Counted from the first letter of the stretch, positions 9,674 to 20,760 are shown. The stretch: 64,000 nt of DNA from Candidatus Berkelbacteria bacterium (GCA_016432625.1 CP066697.1:17415-81414); one strand, 5' to 3'. The notes: a model not told the origin generated them from the letters alone. Numbers and translations are program-made.

Positions 9674-11650
9674 TTGAATCAAGTTAACCCAGGCCCTGAG
9701 CCTACTAAAGAACCGGCTAAACAAGACGGCGTTGTCGACATATCGGACGCCGGTAGTGTTCTGCAGCCCAATTTTCAAGCGCGTTCTAAGCAACGCCCTG
9801 GACAGCACCCACCTCGGCAGCAAAAGCGACGTCATCGCGGCCACGGTAGCCCGGCCGGAGCTGTTGCTAACACCCAGAAACCGAATCGCCCCGAGCGGCG
9901 CGACCGTCGTAACTATCGACACGCTTCACCTGCTAAGGCCAAAGTTCAGCCCTTAAAGGGCACGATCGTTAGCCGTGGTCACGGACAAAAGCTACGAATT
10001 ATTCCGCTTGGTGGAAGTGGCGAAACTGGCGACAAAAACATGCTCGTTTTTGAATACGATCGCGATATCCTGGTTGTGGACGCCGGAGTTAAATTTCCGA
10101 CCCCGGACATGCCAGGCATCGACTACGTCGTCTGCGATACGACCTACCTAGAAGAAAATCGCGACCGAATTCGAGCTTTCTTAATTACGCACGGCCACGA
10201 AGACCATATCGGTGGCATGCCGTATATCTGGCCAAAATTCCCTGTACCTATATATACGGCGCCGCTAACGGCTGGGTTCATCAAGGCAAAATTCGAGGAA
10301 CATGGTATTACAAATGCCGAATTTCGTATTATTAAGTCAGGCGAAAAAATTCAGATCGGTGCCTTTAGTATCGAACCAGTGCAGATGACGCACTCGATCC
10401 CGGACATTCTCGGCCTAGCGATCACTTCACCAGCCGGCCTGGTATTTCACGCTACCGACTGGAAAGTCGACTTTACCCCAGCTTTTGGCAAGCCGACCGA
10501 CTTCGATAAGTTGGCCGAACTCTCCCGGCGCGGCGTGCTTTGCATGCTCACGGACTCAACCGGAGTCTTGGTACCGGGACATACCTTAAGCGAACAGGTA
10601 GTAAGTAAATCCCTCGAAGACATCTTCGTTGAAGCTAAGGGGCGACTTATCGTCTCTAGCTTCTCGTCTCGGATCGACCGCCTCCAACACGTCGCCTCGG
10701 CTTGCGCCAAGGTTGGCCGCCGTCTCTTTTTGGCCGGGCGCAGCATGGAGCGTAACGCCAACATCGCTATTGATCTCGGTTACCTAAAGGTCCCGCAAGG
10801 TGTTCTAGGCGATATCCGGACCGTTAACAGCTTGCCTGACAGTAAGATCGTCGTGATGTGTACCGGCTCGCAGGGCGAGGAAGGCTCAGCGCTAACTCGT
10901 ATGTCCACCGGCGAGCACCGTCACATCCGAATCAAGCAAGGCGACACAGTTGTCTTGTCGTCCTCGACCGTGCCTGGTAACGAACGGGCCGTCGAGCAGA
11001 GTATTAATAACCTATATCGCTGTGGAGCCGAGGTAGTGACTAAATCCGAGCTTGATATTCACTCTAGCGGCCACGGCAGCCGAGAGGAGATCAAGCATAT
11101 CCTCAATATCGTCAAACCGAAGTACTTAATCCCGATTCACGGCGACTACCGCCGTTTCGTCGAAATGCGCAAACTAGCCGTTACTTTAGACATCAAAGAG
11201 GAGAATGTCCTCATTATTGAAAACGGCCAAATTGCTGAGTTTGACTTGCAAGGCAAGGGCACTATTAGTGACGAAAAAGTTCAAGTCGGTTCAGTTCTGA
11301 TTGACGGCCTGGGCGTTGGCGATGTTGGCGAGATCGTCTTGCGCGACCGCCAGACCATGGCCGCCGACGGCGTCTTTCTGATCATCCTAACGGTAGACGG
11401 CCGAAAGGGCACTCTGTTGACCAGCCCTGATATTATCTCGCGCGGCTTTGTCTATATGAAGGAGTCGGAAGACCTTATTAGCGAAACCCGAGCCGCCGTT
11501 AAGCGTTCGCACGCCGCCCATATCTCTAGAACCAAAGCGCAAACCAACTGGGAGCTATTCAAAAAAGAGCTCCGCGATGATATTGGACAATTTCTCTTCG
11601 ACAAAACCCAAAGACGCCCGATGGTAATTCCGGTAGTTATTCAAGTGTAA
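9674..11650 (+). CDS. rnj: Ribonuclease J with disordered N-terminal extension
   Basis: IIPLGG, THGHEDHIG, HSIPD, GSQGE, HSSGHG, PIHGDYR, RRPMVIPVVIQV. Confidence 0.95.
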   Translation: MNQVNPGPEPTKEPAKQDGVVDISDAGSVLQPNFQARSKQRPGQHPPRQQKRRHRGHGSPAGAVANTQKPNRPERRDRRNYRHASPAKAKVQPLKGTIVSRGHGQKLRIIPLGGSGETGDKNMLVFEYDRDILVVDAGVKFPTPDMPGIDYVVCDTTYLEENRDRIRAFLITHGHEDHIGGMPYIWPKFPVPIYTAPLTAGFIKAKFEEHGITNAEFRIIKSGEKIQIGAFSIEPVQMTHSIPDILGLAITSPAGLVFHATDWKVDFTPAFGKPTDFDKLAELSRRGVLCMLTDSTGVLVPGHTLSEQVVSKSLEDIFVEAKGRLIVSSFSSRIDRLQHVASACAKVGRRLFLAGRSMERNANIAIDLGYLKVPQGVLGDIRTVNSLPDSKIVVMCTGSQGEEGSALTRMSTGEHRHIRIKQGDTVVLSSSTVPGNERAVEQSINNLYRCGAEVVTKSELDIHSSGHGSREEIKHILNIVKPKYLIPIHGDYRRFVEMRKLAVTLDIKEENVLIIENGQIAEFDLQGKGTISDEKVQVGSVLIDGLGVGDVGEIVLRDRQTMAADGVFLIILTVDGRKGTLLTSPDIISRGFVYMKESEDLISETRAAVKRSHAAHISRTKAQTNWELFKKELRDDIGQFLFDKTQRRPMVIPVVIQV

Positions 11651-11655
11651 AGCCG

Positions 11656-11684
11656 TACCCCGAACGCTTTAAGCGCTCGGGGTA
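11656..11684. terminator. Hairpin terminator between rnj and a convergent small gene
   Basis: taccccgaacgc-ttta-agcgctcggggta imperfect inverted repeat. Confidence 0.6.
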
Positions 11685-11697
11685 GTTGGCTAGGGTC

Positions 11698-11946
11698 TCA
11701 AAGCTCGCGGATTTCTCGACGGTCCAGTTCGGTTGCCCGACCTGACTTTGGGTCGAAATTGCCAAACATTGAGCCTTGAAGCCCGGATCGGGGAACATCT
11801 ACGACGCAGATCCCGTGGGCAGCGCCGTAGCCGGCAATAAGGTTGCCGATCGCCTGCTCCTTGGAAGCTCCCGAGTAGGAAGTTCCGTCGTCAAACCACG
11901 CTGACCAATTGCAGGCACCAATCTCGGCGACATTGATCTCAACCAT
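11698..11946 (-). CDS. Hypothetical protein (82 aa)
   Basis: ORF with GAGGAG SD upstream, fills the intergenic gap. Confidence 0.6.
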   Translation of the reverse strand: MVEINVAEIGACNWSAWFDDGTSYSGASKEQAIGNLIAGYGAAHGICVVDVPRSGLQGSMFGNFDPKSGRATELDRREIREL

Positions 11947-12055
11947 TAGTCTTCTCCTCGCCTTGATTAGGCTCTAAGGCTGCGGCAATTTTACGGTTTA
12001 CGGAGTACGAGAGCAATACCCTAGCAAATTAGTAACAGGTTGGTAGAGTAAAGGC

Positions 12056-14110
12056 ATGGGACTTTTTGGGAGGCGACGACGCTACTCGTCCCGGCGCCGT
12101 AAGCGGTTGCCGACAATTTGGGACAATTTAGTCTGGGCTGTCGACCCTGATACAGCGCGAGAGATCACCGCAATCATCCTAGTGGTCTTTGGCTTCCTTT
12201 TTGCTCTAGGCCTGTTTGGTCTGGCCGGTGGCTTTGGCGACGCACTGTTTCGCTTGGCGAAAACTCTCTTCGGCGTCCTCGCTTACGTCGTGCCGTTCGC
12301 CTTCTTATATCTAGGGGTTAGGCTACTCTTCTTAAAGAGCGATGTATTACGAGCCACGAGCGTTATCGGCATTGTCCTACTTTTTATGCTGGTTCCGGCG
12401 ATGTTTGGCGCCTCGGGGGGCTCTGTCGGCTCCGGAGCGTTCGGAGTTTTCAGCTCGATCTTTGGTACCGTTGGCGGCTACTTCGCCTTAGTTGCCGCTG
12501 TAATTGTGGCGACGCTGCTCGCGCTGAACTCGAGTCTACGTTCCCTCTGGGAGCGCCTGAATTTGCCAATTAAAGCTGGTCAGGGCAAGGGGGTGAAGAT
12601 CAACGAGAATGCTCGGATACCTGTTAGAAGTATGGCGCCAGAGCGGTTACGACAAGGGGTTCCGTTGATGGGACCGACCGGCAACTGGGAGTTTCCGTCT
12701 TTAGATTTGCTCGACTACTCCGCTAGCACCAAGGCGGAGGCCGGCGATATCGGTAAGAACGTTGAGATGATCAAGAAAACGCTCAAGGATTTTGGCGTCG
12801 AAGTGGCGATGAACGAAGTTAACGTTGGTCCAGCGCTGACGCAGTACACTTTGAAGCCGTCCGAAGGGGTTAAGTTAAACACGATCACCGCTCGCAGCAA
12901 CGATATTGCGCTCGCCATTGCGGCTCATCCGATCCGAATCGAAGCGCCAATTCCGGGCAAGTCCTTGGTTGGTATCGAAGTTCCTAATAAAGTCGCCGCT
13001 ACGGTCAGCTTGCGTGAGGTTTTGGAGGCTCCCGACTATAAATCCGCCGATTCAAACCTGTCCCTAGGCCTGGGCCGCGATGTGGCCGGTAATGTCGCTG
13101 TGGCAGACATCAAAAAAATGCCACATCTTTTGATCGCCGGAGCGACAGGCAGCGGTAAATCGGTCTGTATGAACGCGCTATTAATCAACCTCCTCTACAA
13201 GAACTCGCCTCAAGATTTACGCCTACTCTTAATTGACCCTAAGCGAGTTGAGTTTACTGAATATAACGGCATCCCTCACCTGCTAACGCCAGTTATCACT
13301 GAGACTGACAAAATAATTTCCGCCTTGCGTTGGACCGTTGCGGAAATGGAACGACGCTACCAATTACTCAGCGCCTACAATAGACGCAATATTGACGCCT
13401 TCAACGAATCGGTGCCTCAAGGGGAGATACGCTTGCCCTACATCGTAATCGTCGTTGACGAGCTAGCCGATCTTATGACTCAAGCCGCCAACGAGGTCGA
13501 ATCCTCAATCGTTCGAATTGCCCAAATGGCCCGAGCGGTTGGAATGCACCTCGTCGTAGCGACTCAACGGCCTTCAGTTGATGTCATTACCGGCCTAATC
13601 AAGGCTAATATCCCTGCTCGCGTCGCTTTCGCCGTTGCCTCGCAGCCCGACTCCAGGACTATTCTTGACCAGGTAGGGGCAGAAAAACTACTCGGTCGCG
13701 GCGACATGCTTTATCTAGCGAGTGACCAGCCGCAACCCAAGCGTATTCAGGGGGTAATGCTTAAGGACTCAGAGATTCACACTGTTACCGAGTTCCTCAA
13801 AACTCAAGTTCCGCCAAGCTACGACGAGACTATCACCTCTTACCGCTCGAGTCTGAAACCTGGTCTGGCCGGCGGTGCCCACGACGCCAGCGAGGACGAC
13901 CTACTGCCGGAAGCCCGCGATTTGGTGATTGCCGCGGGGAAGGCATCGGCATCGCTCCTGCAGCGCCGACTGAAAGTTGGTTACGCCAGAGCGGCCCGCC
14001 TGCTTGATTTACTGGAAGCCGAGGGTTCGATCGGTCCAGCTGATGGCGCCAAGCCGCGCGATGTCCTTGTCGACTCCGGCGAGGATTTTGATCAAGGGAT
14101 AAACGGCTAG
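12056..14110 (+). CDS. ftsK: DNA translocase FtsK/SpoIIIE
   Basis: N-terminal TMs, PHLLIAGATGSGKS, DELADLM, ATQRPSVDVITG, gamma domain SLLQRRLKVGYARAARL. Confidence 0.96.
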   Translation: MGLFGRRRRYSSRRRKRLPTIWDNLVWAVDPDTAREITAIILVVFGFLFALGLFGLAGGFGDALFRLAKTLFGVLAYVVPFAFLYLGVRLLFLKSDVLRATSVIGIVLLFMLVPAMFGASGGSVGSGAFGVFSSIFGTVGGYFALVAAVIVATLLALNSSLRSLWERLNLPIKAGQGKGVKINENARIPVRSMAPERLRQGVPLMGPTGNWEFPSLDLLDYSASTKAEAGDIGKNVEMIKKTLKDFGVEVAMNEVNVGPALTQYTLKPSEGVKLNTITARSNDIALAIAAHPIRIEAPIPGKSLVGIEVPNKVAATVSLREVLEAPDYKSADSNLSLGLGRDVAGNVAVADIKKMPHLLIAGATGSGKSVCMNALLINLLYKNSPQDLRLLLIDPKRVEFTEYNGIPHLLTPVITETDKIISALRWTVAEMERRYQLLSAYNRRNIDAFNESVPQGEIRLPYIVIVVDELADLMTQAANEVESSIVRIAQMARAVGMHLVVATQRPSVDVITGLIKANIPARVAFAVASQPDSRTILDQVGAEKLLGRGDMLYLASDQPQPKRIQGVMLKDSEIHTVTEFLKTQVPPSYDETITSYRSSLKPGLAGGAHDASEDDLLPEARDLVIAAGKASASLLQRRLKVGYARAARLLDLLEAEGSIGPADGAKPRDVLVDSGEDFDQGING

Positions 14111-14111
14111 C

Positions 14112-14294
14112 CTAAGGCAGCAACGGATACTGAAACTGTGACGGGGCGTCCTGCACTTCTGTCGCGGGAGTTTTATTGAAGTTGAATACGGGCTCACCAG
14201 CTTGCAGATTCTTGAAGATTGACGACATACCGAAAGCAAATGCGGCGATGAGTAGGATGACGAAGACGAAAGTGACCCAAAAAGAATTAGACAT
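14112..14294 (-). CDS. Small single-TM hypothetical protein
   Basis: Hydrophobic FWVTFVFVILLIAAFAF; start uncertain (14294 or 14303), TATGAT -10 just upstream. Confidence 0.5.
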   Translation of the reverse strand: MSNSFWVTFVFVILLIAAFAFGMSSIFKNLQAGEPVFNFNKTPATEVQDAPSQFQYPLLP

Positions 14295-14413
14295 TCTTAG
14301 CATAATCATACCCGCCGGCGCCAAAGATCCTAGAGGGAGCGACTTGTTGTAGTTCGTGCGTGCCGACCGGCTGGTTTGACCGCGTTTGGCGGGTGCGCTA
14401 CTCTAAAAGTTAC

Positions 14414-15121
14414 ATGACCGGTTTTGTCACGAAAAAAATCCATGTCAGCAAGAGTCGCTCACTTGGTTCGCTGCTTAAAGCTGCTCGGACAAAAGCCAGC
14501 GTTACTCTTGAAGAGGCTGAGGCTCAAACCCGCATTCGCCTGAAGTATTTAGAGGCCTTAGAGAACGGTAACTATTCGTCGCTGCCGGCCGAAGCCTATA
14601 ACGTCGGTTTCGTGCGCTGCTACGCCGAGTTTCTCCATCTCAACCCGGAAAAAATTATTCGCCTCTACCGCGAAGAGCGTTCCCAGAAGCGTTTGCTTCC
14701 GGAGCGAGCAGTCAACTTCGCCCCGGCCAAAGTCAGTGACTGGCGATTCCTTATTACGCCGCGAGCAATCGGTATTATAAGCGCCGTGCTGCTTTTTGGT
14801 GGCATCCTCGGCTATATCGTCGTCCAACTCAAGCAGTTCACCCGTCCGCCAGAGATTAGCCTGTCGGGCGTTAGTGAAGAATTTACTACTGGCAAAGATA
14901 CCGTTAGCCTCAACGGCAGCACTACGGAAGGCTCCGTTGTCCTGATGAACAACCAACCCGTTCTTGTTAGTCCCAGCGGCCAGTTCTCTCAAGAAGTCCA
15001 GCTCTCCCCAGGTGTCAACCAGGTAGTAATTTCAGCGAAAAACCGAGCCGGTAACGAGCGCCAAAAGGTAGTTAAAGTCTTATATAACCCAAACCTTGCG
15101 TTAAATCCGCCTAACTTGTAA
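14414..15121 (+). CDS. RodZ-like HTH membrane protein with C-terminal Ig-like domain
   Basis: SLGSLLKAAR..TRIRLKYLEALE..LPAEAYNVGFVRCYA HTH, one TM; promoter TTGACC-17-TACTCT precedes ATG 14414. Confidence 0.85.
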   Translation: MTGFVTKKIHVSKSRSLGSLLKAARTKASVTLEEAEAQTRIRLKYLEALENGNYSSLPAEAYNVGFVRCYAEFLHLNPEKIIRLYREERSQKRLLPERAVNFAPAKVSDWRFLITPRAIGIISAVLLFGGILGYIVVQLKQFTRPPEISLSGVSEEFTTGKDTVSLNGSTTEGSVVLMNNQPVLVSPSGQFSQEVQLSPGVNQVVISAKNRAGNERQKVVKVLYNPNLALNPPNL

Positions 15122-15130
15122 AACGGGTTT

Positions 15131-16186
15131 ATGGCCAAGCAAGAAGACAAACCCAAAGCTAGCGCTCCGTCCGGCCGAGACACGGCGCTACGCGCCGCGA
15201 TTTCCCAGATAGAAAAGCAGTTTGGTGCCGGTTCGATTATGACTATGGGCGAGAATACTCATCTGAACGTTGAGGCGATTTCAACCGGATCATTATCGCT
15301 CGATGTCGCGCTTGGCGTTGGTGGGCTGCCGAGGGGACGAATTATTGAGATCTTCGGGCCAGAATCTTCCGGCAAAACCTCACTTGCTTTGTCGGCTATT
15401 GCCGCAACCCAGAAAAACGGGGGCTTGGGAGCTCTGGTTGACGCCGAGCACGCCTTTGACCCGAGTTACGCGACTAAACTAGGCGTCGATCTTGACTCGC
15501 TACTAATCTCTCAGCCCGACACCGGCGAACAAGCTCTGGAGATAGTAGAAACTTTAGTCCGTTCCAATGCCGTTGACGTTATCGTCGTCGACTCTGTCGC
15601 GGCTCTTGTGCCGAGAGCGGAGATCGAAGGCGAGATGGGCGACGCAATGATGGGTGTTCAGGCCAGGCTAATGAGCCAAGCGCTACGTAAGTTAACTGGC
15701 GCCGTCTCTAAATCCAAGACCGTTCTCATTTTCATTAATCAAATCCGGATGAAGATCGGTGTTATGTTCGGTAATCCCGAGACTACTCCTGGCGGTAACG
15801 CTCTCAAGTTCTATTGCTCAGTACGTCTCGACATCCGACGAGCCGAACAAATCAAGGAAGGCGAGACCGCCATTGGCAACCGTTGTCGGGTTAAAGTCGT
15901 CAAAAATAAGGTCGCTCCGCCGTTCAGAACGGCCGAGTTTGACTTAATGTTTGATTCGGGTATATCTAGGGAAGGCGACCTGCTCGAACTCGGAGTCAAG
16001 GCAGGTTTGATCGAAAAATCCGGCGCCTGGTTTCAGTATGGAGAAGAAAGGCTTGGGCAGGGACGGGAGGCTGCCAAAGCTTTTCTTAAAGGTGACCAAA
16101 AGCTTGCCGCGACCATTGAGACCAAGGTTCGTGAGCTGGCCAAAGAGGGCAAGATCGGCGCCATCCCGCAGCCTGAAGAAGTCTAA
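15131..16186 (+). CDS. recA: Recombinase A
   Basis: [46 protein letters not shown]. Confidence 0.99.
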   Translation: MAKQEDKPKASAPSGRDTALRAAISQIEKQFGAGSIMTMGENTHLNVEAISTGSLSLDVALGVGGLPRGRIIEIFGPESSGKTSLALSAIAATQKNGGLGALVDAEHAFDPSYATKLGVDLDSLLISQPDTGEQALEIVETLVRSNAVDVIVVDSVAALVPRAEIEGEMGDAMMGVQARLMSQALRKLTGAVSKSKTVLIFINQIRMKIGVMFGNPETTPGGNALKFYCSVRLDIRRAEQIKEGETAIGNRCRVKVVKNKVAPPFRTAEFDLMFDSGISREGDLLELGVKAGLIEKSGAWFQYGEERLGQGREAAKAFLKGDQKLAATIETKVRELAKEGKIGAIPQPEEV

Positions 16187-16194
16187 ACCTAGCG

Positions 16195-16656
16195 ATGCCC
16201 AAACAGTCGGCATTGGAGCGGGCTCTGCGCCTGCTGAATTATCGTTCGCGCGGCAAAAAAGAGCTCGAGAAATCTTTATTGGACCGCCAATACGAGCCGG
16301 ATGACATTAATAATGCCTTGGCACAGCTTGAGGCAATCGGCCTAGTTAACGACGAACGGTTTGCTCAGTCGCTCGCCGAGACGCGGATTCTCGTCAGCCG
16401 CCGTGGCCGACACGCCATATTTTTCGAATTAATAAAAAAAGGGATCGATAAAGATCTCATTGAGTCTGTGTTGAATTCCCTAGACGAAGGGGCAGAGCTA
16501 GAAGCGGCTAAGTCGTTAGCGGAGAGCAGGTTGAAACGTTGGGGCGATCTTGAGCCGCTTAAACGCAAAATGCGCCTGCTCTCATTACTTCAACGTCGGG
16601 GGTTCGGCGCCAAAATTATCCGTCGGGTATTTGACGAACTGGGGGAGCGACTCTAG
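16195..16656 (+). CDS. recX: Regulatory protein RecX
   Basis: ALRLLNYRSR..EL, LVNDERFA, LQRRGF; directly after recA. Confidence 0.9.
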   Translation: MPKQSALERALRLLNYRSRGKKELEKSLLDRQYEPDDINNALAQLEAIGLVNDERFAQSLAETRILVSRRGRHAIFFELIKKGIDKDLIESVLNSLDEGAELEAAKSLAESRLKRWGDLEPLKRKMRLLSLLQRRGFGAKIIRRVFDELGERL

Positions 16657-16673
16657 AGCCCTCCCCCGGATTC

Positions 16674-17024
16674 CTAGCACCTGATTCCCCCAGGCTCTGT
16701 TCGAAGAACGTAAACGCTCTTGGTCGGCACATAGCCCAGTATCTGCTGCAGAAGCTGGTGGCCCACCCTCTCAGCCTTCGTAGCAACTTTATCCGGGATT
16801 TGATGGGCCGCGTACTCCTGACAGTCAAGCCCCGAAATCCCGAAACGGCAGTTGAAGAGGTCGACCGTGATCGTACACTCTTTCAGCCTGCCCTCAACCA
16901 GAACGACACCCGAGTAATCGAATGGTCCTGGGATGGGCATGAATTCTTGGCGGTAGAACTCGTGAATCTCCTCCATGAGACCACTGTTTTCCACCGACAT
17001 TCTTCCTGGATAGATCATCAGCAT
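16674..17024 (-). CDS. Hypothetical protein
   Basis: 116-aa ORF with GAGG SD upstream, no recognised motif. Confidence 0.55.
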   Translation of the reverse strand: MLMIYPGRMSVENSGLMEEIHEFYRQEFMPIPGPFDYSGVVLVEGRLKECTITVDLFNCRFGISGLDCQEYAAHQIPDKVATKAERVGHQLLQQILGYVPTKSVYVLRTEPGGIRC

Positions 17025-17116
17025 GATGTGAGGTACCTCACATCGAAAAAACCACTAAACCACTCCCATTTCAAGTCGTGTCGGCTTTACTAATAGCTGG
17101 TACAGTGGAGAAGAAT

Positions 17117-19447
17117 ATGGCTGCAAAAACAAAACAGGTTGTCTGGTTCAGCGAAGTTGGCAAGGAAGATATCCCGCTCGTTGGCGGTAAAGGTGCGAAT
17201 CTTGGAGAGATGTCTAAAGCCGGCCTACCGGTGCCGCAAGGCTTCATCGTTACCGCCCAAGCGTATTTCCGTTTTATAAAAGAGAAAAAGATTGATGCCT
17301 ATATCGAGAAGTGGACGAAAGGTTTAGATCCCGAAGACTCCAAAAAACTCAACAAGATTGCCTTGGAACTGCAGAAGGCGATGAAGGAATTTCAGCTGCC
17401 TGCCGACTTAGTAAAAGAGATCGAGCGGGCCTACGACGAGATGAAGGGCGGCCCCGTCGCGGTCCGTTCCAGCGCCACAGCTGAAGATTTGCCCGACGCC
17501 TCATTTGCTGGCCAGCAAGCAACTTTTCTAAATATTGAAGGCAAACAGGCACTCATTAAAGCTATTCGTGAGTGTTGGGCGTCGCTTTTCGAAGCGCGAG
17601 CCATTTATTATCGTACGGTTAATAAATTCGATCACCTCAAAGTGGGCATCGCGGTACCGGTTCAAAAGATGGTTCAAAGCGAAGTCTCCGGCATCATGTT
17701 TACTGTCGATCCGGTAACAGAAGATAAAGAGAAAGTCACGATTGACGCCGGACTGGGCTTGGGGGAGGCGATCGTCTCAGGATCAGTAACGCCCGACCAC
17801 TACGTTGTTAATAAAAAGGACTTCAAAGTCGTTTCCAAGGAAATCGGCGCGCAAGAGTGGCAGATTGTGCGCGATAAAGATGGCAGTAATAAACACATCA
17901 ACCTCACTAAAGAACAGGAAGAAGGTCAGAAACTGACTGACGAGCAGATTGTCGCACTAGCCAAGATCGGCATGCAAGTCGAAGCTCACTACGGGAAGCC
18001 CCAGGACATGGAGTGGGCGTACGAAAATGGCTCGTTCTTTATGGTTCAAGCTCGTCCGGTCACCACGCTCGGCGAGCCAAAAAAAAACGAAACAGCGCCC
18101 TCTCTATCACCTAAAACGGCGGGGGAGGAAGTCGACTTAAGTAAGGCGGAGCTCTTGCTCACAGGGGCCGCTGCCTCGGTTGGCTTAAAAAGCGGCCCGG
18201 TTAAAGTTATTCACAAACCAACCGAAATTGACCAAGTGTTAGCGGGCGACGTTCTAGTGACCGAGATGACAAGCCCCGATTATGTCCCGGCGATGCGCCG
18301 CGCCGCGGCCATTGTGACCGATACCGGCGGGCGGACCAGTCACGCCGCGATCGTCTCGCGCGAACTCGGTATCCCCTGCGTTGTTGGTACCGGTACAGCG
18401 ACGGCCACTTTGAAAACCGGCCAGGTCGTCACCGTTGATGGCGCCCAGGGCAAAGTTTATAAGGGCAAAGTCGCAGGTAGCGACGTCCCTGCGCCAACTT
18501 CGCAGCCGCGTCTTGTCGGCGCCCAAGCGCTCACCACTGTCCCGGTCACAGCGACGAAAGTTTACTTAAATCTAGCCGAACCGACCAAAGCTGAGGAATA
18601 CGCTCAGCTACCGGTTGACGGCGTCGGCTTACTGCGCGCCGAATTTATTATTGCCGGAATTGGCGAACATCCTAACGCCATGATGGCAGATGGTCGTAGT
18701 AACGATTACGTCCATAAGCTCGCCGAAGGCATCGGTATTATCGCCCAAGCGTTCAATCCTCGCCCTGTCGTCTACCGATTCACAGATTTCAAAACTAACG
18801 AGTACAAGTCCTTAAAAGGCGGCGAGAAGTACGAACAGCCGGAAAATAACCCGATGATCGGTTACCGCGGCGCGTCACGTTATATCGCCGAACCAGAAGC
18901 GTTCGCGCTCGAGATAGAGGCCATTAAAGCCGTCCGCGACGGAATGGATCTTAAAAACTTGCACGTCATGATTCCTTTTGTGCGCACGGTTGACGAGTTC
19001 CGTCGGGTGCGCGATCTGATGCACCAAAATAACCTACGCCAGGAAAAAGATTTCAAGCTCTGGATTATGGTCGAAGTGCCATCGACGGTTATCGAGCTTG
19101 AGGAGTATATAAATGAAGGCATCGACGGCGTTTCGATCGGCAGTAACGACCTGACGCAGTTGACGCTCGGGATTGACCGAGACTCGGCCAAACTTGCTGC
19201 TGAATTCGACGAGCGGTACCCGGCCGTTTTGAATTCTATCCTGCACGTTGTCCGAACTTGTCGTAAGCATCACGTCACTTGCTCGATCTGCGGCCAAGCG
19301 CCGTCGGTTTACCCGGAAATCACCGAAGCCATGGTCAAAGCCGGCACTACTTCCGTTTCTGTTGCTCCTGACGTCGCCGTTTCAACCCGCAAACTAATCG
19401 CTTCGGTTGAAAAGAAAATATTGCTCGCTAGCGCGATTGGCTCATGA
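17117..19447 (+). CDS. ppsA: Phosphoenolpyruvate synthase
   Basis: GGKGANLGEM, VRSSATAEDLPDASFAGQQ, TSHAAIVSRELG phospho-His, SIGSNDLTQL. Confidence 0.96.
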   Translation: MAAKTKQVVWFSEVGKEDIPLVGGKGANLGEMSKAGLPVPQGFIVTAQAYFRFIKEKKIDAYIEKWTKGLDPEDSKKLNKIALELQKAMKEFQLPADLVKEIERAYDEMKGGPVAVRSSATAEDLPDASFAGQQATFLNIEGKQALIKAIRECWASLFEARAIYYRTVNKFDHLKVGIAVPVQKMVQSEVSGIMFTVDPVTEDKEKVTIDAGLGLGEAIVSGSVTPDHYVVNKKDFKVVSKEIGAQEWQIVRDKDGSNKHINLTKEQEEGQKLTDEQIVALAKIGMQVEAHYGKPQDMEWAYENGSFFMVQARPVTTLGEPKKNETAPSLSPKTAGEEVDLSKAELLLTGAAASVGLKSGPVKVIHKPTEIDQVLAGDVLVTEMTSPDYVPAMRRAAAIVTDTGGRTSHAAIVSRELGIPCVVGTGTATATLKTGQVVTVDGAQGKVYKGKVAGSDVPAPTSQPRLVGAQALTTVPVTATKVYLNLAEPTKAEEYAQLPVDGVGLLRAEFIIAGIGEHPNAMMADGRSNDYVHKLAEGIGIIAQAFNPRPVVYRFTDFKTNEYKSLKGGEKYEQPENNPMIGYRGASRYIAEPEAFALEIEAIKAVRDGMDLKNLHVMIPFVRTVDEFRRVRDLMHQNNLRQEKDFKLWIMVEVPSTVIELEEYINEGIDGVSIGSNDLTQLTLGIDRDSAKLAAEFDERYPAVLNSILHVVRTCRKHHVTCSICGQAPSVYPEITEAMVKAGTTSVSVAPDVAVSTRKLIASVEKKILLASAIGS

Positions 19448-19641
19448 AGGTAGCTGGCAGTCTCTTAGTTATTATTGGCATTTTTGGTTACCTATTTTCC
19501 ATGGTTGGGTGTGGTATGAGTACCGGAGGCTGTGGTCCTTGGTACTCCTTACTTCCGGCTATACTAATTGGTTTGGGTGTTATAGCCTTTATTCTTCCGG
19601 TGGGAAAACGCACAAAAATCAACGACCCCGAGAGTAAATAG
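19444..19641 (+). CDS. Small two-TM hypothetical protein
   Basis: ATGA overlap with ppsA stop, two hydrophobic segments. Confidence 0.55.
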   Translation: MKVAGSLLVIIGIFGYLFSMVGCGMSTGGCGPWYSLLPAILIGLGVIAFILPVGKRTKINDPESK

Positions 19642-20008
19642 TCTGGATTTTGGGTGGCATTTTGCCGTTATCGGTCACGACTCGCCAGTAGGGGGTAATA
19701 TCTTTTTCACCTAATGCCCGTTGCTCCTCGGCATACTCGGCAATAATCCGCAGGAAAATACCGCTAGTCAGTGGGCAAGTAATGTCAGCACCGTGAGTGC
19801 GGGCGTACGCGTCTCGAATGTCCTTGATGTTGCGGGTTTTACCTTCCGGTATTTGGCGGATCATTTTTTCGAGCTCCCAGGCTGAGGGGATGACCATTTT
19901 CATCCCTAGCTTGCCGCCAACCCATTGCGGCGGCGCTTCATCAATATGTGGGTTTTTAGGCGCGCTCGCCCGGTCGAGCTTCTCCTTCCAACTCACCCTA
20001 GTTTTCAT
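19619..20008 (-). CDS. MGMT-family / alkyltransferase-like DNA-binding protein
   Basis: IRQIPEGK, TCPLTSGIFL, PYWRV (variant of PCHRV/PWHRV). Confidence 0.7.
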   Translation of the reverse strand: MKTRVSWKEKLDRASAPKNPHIDEAPPQWVGGKLGMKMVIPSAWELEKMIRQIPEGKTRNIKDIRDAYARTHGADITCPLTSGIFLRIIAEYAEEQRALGEKDITPYWRVVTDNGKMPPKIQTIYSRGR

Positions 20009-20684
20009 CGGCTATCTCCCAAACATCAATATCGCTGCCGCTCATTAGGTCGTAACCGCCAGAGGCGGCTTTGACTATAACCTTGGCGACCTGTTCCGGT
20101 GGCCGCCCGCCCCAGTCGTTCATCTGGGTGTTGATGCCGTCAGGGTTAACGGCGTAGATTTTCAGCGACGGTAACTCTTGTGCGAGGCCTTGAGTAAAAC
20201 CGCGGACGGCAAACTTGGTAGCGCAGTAAGCTACATGCTCTGCCCCTGCCCGCTTGCCCGCCTGCGAGCCGATATTGATGATCGTTTCTTGGATTTGCGG
20301 CAGTAGAGCGTTAGTGAGTTTCATCAGGCCAGTAACATTAACCGCGACCTGCTGGTCGATCTCGTCAAAACTCATATCGCTGAAGAACTTCCAAATCAGA
20401 ATGCCGGCGTTGTTAACAAGCACGTCAATGCTGCCGAAATCGGTCTTGGTATTTTTTACGAATTCATGAATCTGGTCGTCATTTGTAACGTCGAGCTGGT
20501 AGAACATAACTTTCGGCGCGCCAAGTTGACGACATTTATCTTCGACCAGTTTTGCTTCCTCGGGTTTCGAGAGATAAGTCAGGGCCAGCTTGCAGCCCGC
20601 TTTGGCGAACTCGTAAGCCGTTACTTCTCCGATACCGCGCGAGGCTCCGGTGATGAGGACAGTTTTGCCGGCAAGCTCATTCAT
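19998..20684 (-). CDS. Short-chain dehydrogenase/reductase
   Basis: TGASRGIG, NNAG, YCATK; start at ATG 20684, 6 nt after TACAAT. Confidence 0.92.
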   Translation of the reverse strand: MNELAGKTVLITGASRGIGEVTAYEFAKAGCKLALTYLSKPEEAKLVEDKCRQLGAPKVMFYQLDVTNDDQIHEFVKNTKTDFGSIDVLVNNAGILIWKFFSDMSFDEIDQQVAVNVTGLMKLTNALLPQIQETIINIGSQAGKRAGAEHVAYCATKFAVRGFTQGLAQELPSLKIYAVNPDGINTQMNDWGGRPPEQVAKVIVKAASGGYDLMSGSDIDVWEIADEN

Positions 20685-20760
20685 GAGCTGATTGTAGCAC
20701 TTCACAAGGGAAGTTTTTGGGGTAAAGTAACGTTTGCGTACCCAACTTGAAGGAGTGAAC